From: Eubacteriales bacterium
GTDB lineage: Bacteria > Bacillota > Clostridia > Oscillospirales > CAG-272
DNA: 40,589 nucleotides
Assembly: GCA_045533845.1 (NCBI GenBank)
Contig: JAZSIN010000028.1
Coordinates: 1-40,589, forward strand
Direction: 5' to 3'
In this document: positions 7,534 to 14,939 of the stretch, piece by piece
How positions within the stretch are numbered: the stretch's first letter is position 1
How the letters are laid out: every line of letters starts with the position of its first letter
Notes under the pieces: generated by a model
Databases searched by the model: none
What the model was told of the DNA's origin: nothing
What the model saw: the letters and a program-made list of their open reading frames with translations, nothing else
Translations under genes and position numbers: made by a program

Positions 7534-8394
7534 ATGTATCAGTTTCCCATCGGTGTAATGCTGGAATCCTTCAAGCTTCCCACCGTCGAGGCAATCGAAA
7601 AGGCGCGCGAGATCGGCGCGAAGGGCATTCAGATGTATGCCACGAAGGGCGCGCACGCCCCCGAAAATATGCCTGCTGAGGCACGAAAGGAGCTGCTCGA
7701 CGTAATGAAGTCGAACGGGCTCGTCTTCTCGGCTCTCTGCGGCGACCTCGGCAAAGGCTTCTGGAATCCCGAGCTCAATCCCGAGCTCATCGAAAAGTCG
7801 AAGCGCATCGTCGAGCTCGCGCTTGACCTCGAAACGAATATCGTGACCACGCACATCGGTGTTGTCCCGACCGATCCTACGAATCCCCGCTACGCCATTA
7901 TGCAGGACGCCTGCGGCGAGCTCGCGGAATTTGCCGATAGTGTCGGCGCACACTTTGCAATCGAAACGGGGCCTGAGACCTCTGCGGTCCTGAAGACCTT
8001 CCTCGACGGACTGCACTCAAAGGGCGTCAGCGTCAACCTCGACCCCGCAAACCTCGTAATGGTGACGGGCGACGATCCCGTAAAGGCGGTACACACGCTG
8101 AAGGATTACATCGTCCACACGCACGCAAAGGACGGCATCAAGCTGAAGGATACGAACCCCGAGATCATCTACCGCGTGATCCCGAAGCCCGAGGATCCGA
8201 TGCTGCAGGGCCCGTACTTCAAGGAGGTCGCGCTCGGAACGGGCTCGGTTCCCTTCCCTGCATATCTCGCGGCGCTCGAGGAGATCGGCTACCGCGGATT
8301 CCTCACGATCGAGCGCGAATGCGGCGAGGACCGCGTCGGCGACATCACGATCGCAAAGAACTTCCTTACCTCGGTCATGGATTCGAGCAATTAA
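7534..8394 (+). CDS. sugar phosphate isomerase/epimerase (xylose-isomerase-like TIM barrel)
   Basis: The track ORF 6595..8394 is a read-through antisense to the AraC gene. The credible start is the ATG at 7534 (MYQFPIGVMLESFKL...), preceded by GAAAGGAA. The AP-endonuclease-2/XylA-like TIM pattern includes HIGVVP, FAIETG, VNLDPANL and HTHAKD. Confidence 0.85.
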   Translation: MYQFPIGVMLESFKLPTVEAIEKAREIGAKGIQMYATKGAHAPENMPAEARKELLDVMKSNGLVFSALCGDLGKGFWNPELNPELIEKSKRIVELALDLETNIVTTHIGVVPTDPTNPRYAIMQDACGELAEFADSVGAHFAIETGPETSAVLKTFLDGLHSKGVSVNLDPANLVMVTGDDPVKAVHTLKDYIVHTHAKDGIKLKDTNPEIIYRVIPKPEDPMLQGPYFKEVALGTGSVPFPAYLAALEEIGYRGFLTIERECGEDRVGDITIAKNFLTSVMDSSN

Positions 8395-8418
8395 CAAAAA
8401 AGAAAGAGAGCAAAAATC

Positions 8419-9477
8419 ATGGAAAAGATCAAAGCAGCCGTCGTCGGCGTTGGAAGTATTTCGTCCTACCACATCAAGGGCTACCTTGCAAACCCCGACG
8501 TAGAGCTTTACGCATTTTGCGACATCAACGCAGATCGCCTTAAAATGATGGGCGAAAAGTACGGCGTGACCCGCCTTTACACCGACGAAGCGGAAATGCT
8601 CCGCGAGCTCCCCGAGATCGACGTCGTCAGCGTCTGCACCTGGAACAGCGCACACGCGCCCTGCACCATTATGGCGCTCGACGCGGGCAAGCACGTTCTG
8701 TGCGAGAAGCCGATGGCTTCGACCCTTGAAGAGGCAGAGGCAATGCAGGAGGCAGCCGAGCGGAACGGAAAGCTTCTGATGATCGGATTCGTCCGCCGCT
8801 TCGGCCGCGACTGCGATCTTGCAACGAAGCTGATCTGTGAAGGAAAGCTCGGCGAGATCTACTACGCGAAAGCGCAGTACCTCCGCCGCAACGGTCACCC
8901 GGGCGGCTGGTTCGGCAAGAAGGAATTCTCGGGAGGAGGTCCTCTCATCGACCTCGGCGTTCACTCGATCGACCTCGTCCGCTATCTGATGGGCAAGCCG
9001 AAGGCGGTCTCGGTCTACGGCTCGACCTTTATGAAGCTCGGAGAGCGCTCGAACATCAAGTCCAAGAAGGACTATACCTCCTCCACGGAGAGCAAGGGCA
9101 CCTCCGACTGTGAGGATCTCGCCGCCGCAACGATCCGCTTCGATAACGGCGCGGTGATGACCGCAGAAATGAGCTTCAGCCTGAACCTCGCGGGCGACCG
9201 CAACAACGTCGAGCTCTTCGGCACGGGCGCGGGACTGCTGATCGACAAAGAGGTCCAGATGTTCGGCGAGGAAAACGACGAACTCAAGGACTTCACCTTC
9301 GAGGGGCCGACGGGACTGAGCGTCCGCGAGGCGTTCGGCAAGGAGCTCGCGCACTTCATCGATGCAGTGCAGGGCAAGGTCGAGTGCCGCAACCCCGCTG
9401 AGGACGGTGTCGAGCTAATGCGTATCCTCACGGCGATCTATCGCTCCGCAGAATGCGGCCACGAGGTCACGCTCTAA
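8419..9477 (+). CDS. Gfo/Idh/MocA-family NAD(P)-dependent oxidoreductase
   Basis: 352 aa with an N-terminal Rossmann motif (KAAVVGVGSISSYH). It also has the EKPMA motif (HVLCEKPMASTLEEAEAM) and a C-terminal alpha/beta domain. Confidence 0.9.
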   Translation: MEKIKAAVVGVGSISSYHIKGYLANPDVELYAFCDINADRLKMMGEKYGVTRLYTDEAEMLRELPEIDVVSVCTWNSAHAPCTIMALDAGKHVLCEKPMASTLEEAEAMQEAAERNGKLLMIGFVRRFGRDCDLATKLICEGKLGEIYYAKAQYLRRNGHPGGWFGKKEFSGGGPLIDLGVHSIDLVRYLMGKPKAVSVYGSTFMKLGERSNIKSKKDYTSSTESKGTSDCEDLAAATIRFDNGAVMTAEMSFSLNLAGDRNNVELFGTGAGLLIDKEVQMFGEENDELKDFTFEGPTGLSVREAFGKELAHFIDAVQGKVECRNPAEDGVELMRILTAIYRSAECGHEVTL

Positions 9478-9490
9478 GCAAGCACACGAG

Positions 9491-9528
9491 AAAAGTGGAT
9501 TTTGAGTTAGGCTCAGAATCCACTTTTG
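9491..9528 (+). terminator. Rho-independent terminator
   Basis: AAAGTGGATTTTGAG-loop-CTCAGAATCCACTTTT, right after the oxidoreductase stop. Confidence 0.7.
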
Positions 9529-9556
9529 TATCTTATAACGGAAAGGAACGACAAAA

Positions 9557-10270
9557 ATGGAAAAGATCATAACCTACGATACCTTACGCAGCTTCGCATA
9601 TTCAAACGACCGCCTCATCAAGGGCGGGATCAAGGGCATCGTCCTGCATTTCAACGGGCTTAACAACACAACGATGCTGAGCACCGATCCCGGAGACGCG
9701 CTTGAATTTGCGGAAAACGGGATCATTTACGTCATTCCCTACTGCGCCCCCTGGTCGTGGATGAATCGTCGGGCGGTTGCATACACGGATGAGATCGTAT
9801 CAGTCCTGTGCGAAAAATACGGGCTTGGAAGTACGGTTCGGGTCGCCTCTACGGGCGGCTCAATGGGCGGACTTGCCGCACTTGTATACACCGCTTACGC
9901 AAGGATCACCCCCACGATCTGCGTTGCAAATTGCCCCGTATGCGATCTTCCCTATCACTATACCGAGCGCCCCGACCTTCCCCGTACCCTGTACAGCGCC
10001 TTCGCGGAATACGACGGAGATCTCGAAACGGCAATGCGCACCTGCTCCCCCTTGCACCTCGTAGACAAAATGCCCGATATTCCCTATACCGTGTTCCACT
10101 GCACGGAAGACAGATCAGTGAATCTCGAAAAGCATTCCGCACGCTTCGTGGAGAAAATGAAGGTGTCCCACAAAATTGACTTTACCGTCGTTCCCTTCCG
10201 CGGACATTGCGATCTCTCCGCAGAAGCGAAGGTGCAGTATAAAAACACGATCCTGTCCGCATTTCTGTGA
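9557..10270 (+). CDS. alpha/beta-fold hydrolase (esterase/peptidase S9-like)
   Basis: 237 aa. The nucleophile elbow is GGSMGG. Candidate acid and His residues lie in CTEDRSV and FRGHCD, in the order Ser-Asp-His. Confidence 0.75.
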   Translation: MEKIITYDTLRSFAYSNDRLIKGGIKGIVLHFNGLNNTTMLSTDPGDALEFAENGIIYVIPYCAPWSWMNRRAVAYTDEIVSVLCEKYGLGSTVRVASTGGSMGGLAALVYTAYARITPTICVANCPVCDLPYHYTERPDLPRTLYSAFAEYDGDLETAMRTCSPLHLVDKMPDIPYTVFHCTEDRSVNLEKHSARFVEKMKVSHKIDFTVVPFRGHCDLSAEAKVQYKNTILSAFL

Positions 10271-10338
10271 TACGCAAGATCTGCTGCGAACAAATGCACC
10301 ACCTACCCGAAAAATTTCCACAACATACGTTCTGCCAC

Positions 10339-10367
10339 TTGACAATCCTTCTGAAATATGGTATACT
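10339..10367 (+). promoter_or_regulatory. sigma-A promoter with extended -10
   Basis: TTGACA (10339-10344), a 17-nt spacer, then TGg-TATACT (10359-10367). Confidence 0.55.
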
Positions 10368-10373
10368 GCAAGT

Positions 10374-10546
10374 ACAGAGTAAGATCTATATCTATAGACT
10401 GACAGCCCCGACAACAATGCGACGAAAGAATTGTTGCCGAGTTGATCTCCCCGAGAGGTGACCCTGCACGGGGGATCAGAACTTCGAAAATACAATAAGC
10501 GCATAAGGACGTCGGGAAAGCCCGCTCGGTCTTTGTGCGCTTTTTT
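10374..10546 (+). promoter_or_regulatory. ~170-nt structured 5' leader ending in an intrinsic terminator (candidate riboswitch or attenuator, class unknown)
   Basis: Helices: CAACAAT 10412-10418 with ATTGTTG 10430-10436, and GATCTCCCC 10444-10452 with GGGGGATC 10470-10477. A terminator at 10499-10546 lies directly upstream of the RBS and ATG of the next gene. Confidence 0.4.
10499..10546 (+). terminator. leader terminator
   Basis: GCGCATAAGG (10499-10508) pairs with CTTTGTGCGC (10531-10540), including two G-U pairs. It encloses a CGGG-AAAG-CCCG sub-hairpin and is followed by T6. The RBS AAAGGAGG starts 9 nt later. Confidence 0.6.
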
Positions 10547-10567
10547 AGCCTTGAAAGGAGGAACAAT

Positions 10568-11137
10568 ATGAAAATACTGACTTTTATCGCCGCACTTGTA
10601 GCCGTTCTGCTCTGCTTTTCCTCTTGCACCCCGGCGAATACGCCCTCCGAAACAACTGACGAGATTACGACGGACGAAATTACAACAGACGAGATCACCA
10701 CCGAAGAAGATCCCCCTACGACCGAGGTGTTTTCTACTATACCGAACGCGGGGCCGGAAACGCTGAAATACTTTGACGTGACCTTGTCTCATAAGCCGAC
10801 AGAACACGATCTTCTGAGCTTGCTTTTAGACAAGGATCTCGTGGATTTAATGCGAGAAGATGTTCGTGAAAAGGAGATCCCCATTTCCGAAATCGTTGCA
10901 CGGCTTGGGAAGCCTCATTGTTATGGTCTTCCCGTTGACATCGGTCCTTGGTTTGTTTGGTATACGGAGAACGGGCTGTATGTAGCCGCTCATTATTTCC
11001 TGCCGGACGATGCTCCCACCCCCACAGACGTTGAAGAACCTCAGCGAACGATCGAATATGCTCTCGTTTGGAAAATGTGGTTTTGTAAACAGGAAAACTC
11101 TCCCCAACCAATTCCCTTGTATTTATTCGAGAAATGA
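10568..11137 (+). CDS. small secreted lipoprotein of unknown function, with TTDEI tandem repeats
   Basis: The start is taken at MKILTFIAALVAVLLCFSSC (signal peptide plus lipobox FSSC), with RBS AAAGGAGG 5-6 nt upstream. The mature part begins with an acidic Thr-rich linker. I recognise no family. Confidence 0.7.
   Translation: MKILTFIAALVAVLLCFSSCTPANTPSETTDEITTDEITTDEITTEEDPPTTEVFSTIPNAGPETLKYFDVTLSHKPTEHDLLSLLLDKDLVDLMREDVREKEIPISEIVARLGKPHCYGLPVDIGPWFVWYTENGLYVAAHYFLPDDAPTPTDVEEPQRTIEYALVWKMWFCKQENSPQPIPLYLFEK
10652..10711 (+). repeat. in-frame 15-bp tandem repeat (4 units, encoding TTDEI x3 plus TTEED)
   Basis: acaactgacgagatt / acgacggacgaaatt / acaacagacgagatc / accaccgaagaagat. The units differ mostly at synonymous positions. 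Confidence 0.8.
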
Positions 11138-11194
11138 TGTAATAACGGGGGACACGGCGTTGCCGTTAAGTATATACCCCCACAAATAAAACCC

Positions 11195-11222
11195 GCCCTC
11201 GGGGACGAGCGTCCCCGAGGGC
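11195..11222. terminator. bidirectional terminator between convergent genes
   Basis: GCCCTCGGGGAC-GAGC-GTCCCCGAGGGC (12-bp perfect stem). It is flanked by AAAA on the 5' side and TTCTTTGTTG on the 3' side. Confidence 0.75.
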
Positions 11223-11250
11223 TTCTTTGTTGTTCGTTTTTGGTGGAATT

Positions 11251-13239
11251 TTACTTTCTTACGCAGATGACGTCGTGTGCGGGGACCGTAACGGTCTGTC
11301 CGTAAACGCGGACCTCCGTGTCCTCGTCGGTGGCATTCGAGAACGCCATCATATACTTGCCGTCCGCCGAAATATGCTCGCCGAAGAAGATCTTCTTTCC
11401 CTTCTCGATCTCCGGAACGGTATCGTAAATGTAGTGACCGTCTCCGAAGAAGAATTCCGCATACTGATCCTTCAAAGCATTCAGCTTACCGACGTGCGCA
11501 GCATACTCGGGCATATCGCTGATGATGCACTTTCTGCCGCGGTAGATCGAAACGTCAAAGCGGTAGCCGTTTACGAAGGTGTAGTTGAGCTCGTCGATAA
11601 AGCCGTCGCGGCAGTCGTGCTGGAAGCGGTTCGTCGCCGGGATCTCGGGGAAGGTGTGACGGAACAGCGCGTGGAAGCCCGTCTTCGTTCTGTCCGAGTC
11701 GTTCTTCTTGTAGTAAACGCCTCTCTCACAACCGTGGAGGAAGTCGACGTAGGTAACGGCAAAGTCATTTGCACATTCGGTTCCGATCGCCTTGTCACCG
11801 TAGAGCTCTGCGCGGCACGCCTCGGTGTTCTCCACGCGGTAGATCGCCTCCGAGTCGGCTCTGTTGCCGTGTCTGTGCTTCGGATTGAAGCAGGGTGCGA
11901 TGTTCTGACCGAGCTGGTCGTAGAAGATCGCGTCACAGCCATAGGACAGCTTCTGACGTGCGTTGTTTACCATAACGTCCTTCCAACGCGGTGCGGCGTG
12001 GCAGGCACGGACAAAGGTCTTGTAGCCGTAGTTGCGGAGCACGGTTCCGTTGTTTTCAAACTTGTAGTGGTCCATATGCATATTGCCGTCGATGTCGATC
12101 TTTGCAACCTCGTCGCCGTAGTCACGGAAGAAGTCGCTCTTCGTATCGATCAGAATGCCGTTGTTATAGAGGATCACGCGTCCGCCGAGGCGCTGGACCT
12201 CTGCGATCGCGTCCTTCAGTGCCTGCTCGCCGCCCATCTCCTCGTCGATCTCGTAAAGCGGATAGCCGTTGTCGAAGCGTCCCTTCCACCAGCCGAATAC
12301 CATCAGGGTGTCGAGTCCGCTCTTCTTACCCTCGAGGTAGATGCGGGGAAGATCCTCGTACTTCCAGAACATCTCACCGTACTGATGACGGAGGATGATT
12401 CTCTGCCAGCCATGCATATCCTTGATCCACTGCGGTCTCGGATGGGGCTTGTAGAAGGTCTCGTCAGCAAAGCGGCGGTAACGCTCCGAGCCCTCTCTCC
12501 AGTCACCCTCGGAAAGGGAAACGAAGCAAGGAGCGATCGAAACGGTCTCACCTTCCTTTGCGAAAGGATAGTGGCAAAGCGCGAGCGACATACGGTCGTC
12601 AGATGCTTCGCGGGGTGCAACTGCGGTGAGAAGCGAGCACGCGCGGAACTCCACGTCGTGTCTGCCGATGTAGAGGAAATGACCTGCGCTCTCAAGGCCC
12701 ATCCACGCCATCGTCGCAGGGCGGGGATACGCGAGGACCGACTTGATGTCCTCGTAGTCTGCACTCATATACTCGGTGTGGCTCTTTGCAAGCGCCGCGC
12801 GGGGGTTCTCGATCCTTTCACCCATTGCGTTGGGGCGGTAGAGAACGTCCTTCCTGTACGCGGGGTCTGCAACCACCTCGAGGTCAACGAAGGGATACTC
12901 GAGCTCGTTGACACGAGCCGCGTCGCGGTTCTCGACCGTAGCGTTGAATGCGAGCATATCACCCTCGTCCTTTACGGTCAGGGTCAGAACAACGTCAAAG
13001 TGACGACCGTCGCGACCGACGATGCCATTATACACGATGGTCGTCATACCCTTCTCGAAGGTGATCGACTCAGCGATCTGATCACGCGAGTAGACCGGCA
13101 TCTCGCGGTAGTACTCGTCGTCCATCATGATACGCCAGAAGTCGCCTCCCTCGCGTGCCTTTGTGGGGAGTCCCGCCGCCGACCAAATTGCGGCGTTACC
13201 CTTCTTGTTTACGGAAAATCTGATTTTATTCTGCGTCAT
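11251..13239 (-). CDS. DUF6259-like putative glycoside hydrolase (no signal peptide)
   Basis: ~662 aa from MTQNKIRFSV, with a GGAGG RBS 8 nt upstream. The ATG at 13257 lacks an RBS. The central segment LDTLMVFGWWKGRFDNGYP...GGRVILYNNG...IFYDQLG resembles a TIM-barrel glycosidase-like family that I recall as DUF6259. Aromatic-rich composition supports this strand over the antisense ORF. Confidence 0.7.
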   Translation of the reverse strand: MTQNKIRFSVNKKGNAAIWSAAGLPTKAREGGDFWRIMMDDEYYREMPVYSRDQIAESITFEKGMTTIVYNGIVGRDGRHFDVVLTLTVKDEGDMLAFNATVENRDAARVNELEYPFVDLEVVADPAYRKDVLYRPNAMGERIENPRAALAKSHTEYMSADYEDIKSVLAYPRPATMAWMGLESAGHFLYIGRHDVEFRACSLLTAVAPREASDDRMSLALCHYPFAKEGETVSIAPCFVSLSEGDWREGSERYRRFADETFYKPHPRPQWIKDMHGWQRIILRHQYGEMFWKYEDLPRIYLEGKKSGLDTLMVFGWWKGRFDNGYPLYEIDEEMGGEQALKDAIAEVQRLGGRVILYNNGILIDTKSDFFRDYGDEVAKIDIDGNMHMDHYKFENNGTVLRNYGYKTFVRACHAAPRWKDVMVNNARQKLSYGCDAIFYDQLGQNIAPCFNPKHRHGNRADSEAIYRVENTEACRAELYGDKAIGTECANDFAVTYVDFLHGCERGVYYKKNDSDRTKTGFHALFRHTFPEIPATNRFQHDCRDGFIDELNYTFVNGYRFDVSIYRGRKCIISDMPEYAAHVGKLNALKDQYAEFFFGDGHYIYDTVPEIEKGKKIFFGEHISADGKYMMAFSNATDEDTEVRVYGQTVTVPAHDVICVRK

Positions 13240-13343
13240 TGTAGGATATACCTCCATATTGTAATTCTACATTTCAGTATAGCATATATTCCGTCTCTTT
13301 TCCATTGTCGAACCCTGCCTTTTCTTGCATTTTTCGAAACCTC

Positions 13344-13372
13344 TTGACTTTTCCTCCCATCCATGCTACAAT
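13344..13372 (+). promoter_or_regulatory. sigma-A-type promoter for the second AraC-family gene
   Basis: TTGACT (13344-13349), a 17-nt spacer, then TACAAT (13367-13372). Confidence 0.5.
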
Positions 13373-13398
13373 GAAAGAAAAACGAAAGGAGCATCGGG

Positions 13399-14262
13399 AT
13401 GCCGTACTTTTCTCTCGATACCCTTCCCTCTACCGCCGTTGCGGGACGAATGAAATACGAAACGGGCTGGCAGCGCTACGGCAGACGCCTCCGTCGGACC
13501 GTGCTCTACTACTCATTCAGCGGCTCTCTCCGCTTTACGATCGACAAAAAGGCAATCCTGCTCCCACCGCAGACTGCGCTTCTGCTCGACAAGGGAACCA
13601 CCTATTCGGTCTATGCCGAGGAGGACTGCGACTATTGCTATTTCCACTTCGACCTGAAGGAGACCACGGAGAAGGAGCTATATTTTACAAAACCCGAGAA
13701 GGTTGGTACGGTCGGCAGACTTCCTGCTCGGGAATCGGGCTTTTCCCTTCCCGTCGCCACGCCCCTCTCCGCGCCACGCGAGCAGCTCGAGCACCTCGCC
13801 GTCTCCGCGCTCCGTCACGCGCCGTGTACGCGCATCTTTGATAAAACGCGGCTCGACGTCGCCCTCCTTCGCCTTCTGCTCCTGCTCGGAGAAAGCTATG
13901 TACTCCCGAGGACCGATTCCCCCGCTTCGAAGAGCAGGAGCACCTATCTCGCGATCCGAGATTACATCGAGGCGCACTATCCCGAGCCTCTCTCGCTCTC
14001 CTCAGTCAGCACGGAAATGAACGTTTCTCCGCAGTACGCGGCGCGCATCTTCCGTAAGCACGCCGGAGAGAGCGTGACCGCCTATATCCAGAGTGTTCGG
14101 ATCAGCAAGGCGCAGGAGCTTCTGCGCTACACGCCGCTGTCGATCTCCGAGATCTCCTTCGCGGTCGGCTTTTCCTCGCCATACTATTTCGCGCGCAGCT
14201 TCCAACGTCACACGGGAGTCTCCCCCTCTAATTTCCGCCGCTCCGCGCGCGAGGAGCTCTGA
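13399..14262 (+). CDS. AraC-family transcriptional regulator
   Basis: 287 aa with a C-terminal dual HTH (LSLSSVSTEMNVSPQYAARIFRKHAGESVTAYIQSVRISKAQELLRYTPLSISEISFAVGFSSPYYFARSFQRHTGVSPSNFRR). RBS GAAAGGAG. It is divergent from the DUF6259-like gene. Confidence 0.85.
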   Translation: MPYFSLDTLPSTAVAGRMKYETGWQRYGRRLRRTVLYYSFSGSLRFTIDKKAILLPPQTALLLDKGTTYSVYAEEDCDYCYFHFDLKETTEKELYFTKPEKVGTVGRLPARESGFSLPVATPLSAPREQLEHLAVSALRHAPCTRIFDKTRLDVALLRLLLLLGESYVLPRTDSPASKSRSTYLAIRDYIEAHYPEPLSLSSVSTEMNVSPQYAARIFRKHAGESVTAYIQSVRISKAQELLRYTPLSISEISFAVGFSSPYYFARSFQRHTGVSPSNFRRSAREEL

Positions 14263-14406
14263 AATCAAAAAATCGGCAGCATAAAGATATTTGGCGCGGG
14301 CAGGAACCTCATCTTCTCGGGCGTACACAATCTCCCCGCGGATATGCCGCCGCATCACATAAAAGCGATGATGGATGCATACTTTGATGCCCGTTCGTAT
14401 GAATAA
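14263..14406 (+). pseudogene. possible C-terminal gene remnant (URO-D/methyltransferase-like tail), with no start codon
   Basis: Open frame directly after the AraC stop: NQKIGSIKIFGAGRNLIFSGVHNLPADMPPHHIKAMMDAYFDARSYE*. The text is protein-like and resembles C-termini of URO-D-family enzymes. There is no ATG or RBS for a full gene. Confidence 0.25.
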
Positions 14407-14407
14407 G

Positions 14408-14441
14408 CAAAAACACGCACGACCGAAATCGGTCGTGCGTG
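14408..14441 (-). terminator. Rho-independent terminator downstream of the Zn-ribbon gene
   Basis: Minus strand: CACGCACGACCG-ATTT-CGGTCGTGCGTG followed by TTTTTGC. Confidence 0.65.
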
Positions 14442-14533
14442 CTCTCGATTGGAGCTCTATCAAAAAAATCAGTCCGAAACGAGGAGTATCTCCTTGATAC
14501 AGTCCTGAGTAAATGCGCCTATCGCGCCCCTAC

Positions 14534-14842
14534 TCACTTTGCCTTAGAAGCCTCGAAGCACTCCTTGCAGTAGACAGGTCTGTCTGCGGAGGGCTGGAAC
14601 GTAACGCGTGCTACGCCGCCGCACTGTGCGCAGGTAGTCTCGAAGTACTGACGAGCAGCGCGCTCACCATTCTTCTTTGCGTCACGGCACGCCTTGCAGC
14701 ACTTCGGCTTGTTCATAAAGCCCTTTTCCTTGTAGAACTGCTTTTCTCCTGCGGTGAAAACGAATTCGTTGCCGCAGTCTCTGCAGACCAAGGTCTCATC
14801 TTCGAATACTTCAACCTCTGCGTTGACTTCCTCGTTGAACAT
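14534..14842 (-). CDS. zinc-ribbon (double CxxC...CxxC) domain protein
   Basis: 102 aa with two Cys4 modules: CRDCGNEF...CCKACRD and CAQCGG...YCKECFE. This is the common small zinc-ribbon-domain-containing protein family. Confidence 0.8.
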   Translation of the reverse strand: MFNEEVNAEVEVFEDETLVCRDCGNEFVFTAGEKQFYKEKGFMNKPKCCKACRDAKKNGERAARQYFETTCAQCGGVARVTFQPSADRPVYCKECFEASKAK

Positions 14843-14939
14843 GGTGTTACCTCACTTTAATGGTTAATATTCTACCCCGCACGGCTGCGAACCGAACACC
14901 GCTATACGGTTGGGGGCAAAAATCTTGCGAATAGCAAGA

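Noticed and set aside
10440-10480. ykkC/guanidine-I-like motif in the lipoprotein leader
   Set aside because: Only the two short strings CCGAGAG and CACGGGGGA resemble the consensus. The CTAGGGTTCCG 5' element and the CCCGGGAG 3' element are missing. It is reported as an unclassified leader instead.
10652-10711. Short tandem repeats here and at 26444-26524, considered as a possible CRISPR or other array
   Set aside because: The units are 15 and 21 bp and directly adjacent with no spacers. They are in frame within CDSs and encode acidic peptide repeats. No cas genes are present.
11227-13347. 706-aa ORF on the plus strand overlapping the DUF6259-like gene
   Set aside because: This is an antisense shadow ORF. 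It has Val/Leu/Arg/Ala-rich low-information sequence and no RBS. It also spans a terminator hairpin and the divergent promoter region. The minus-strand frame has aromatic-rich, motif-bearing text and a GGAGG RBS.
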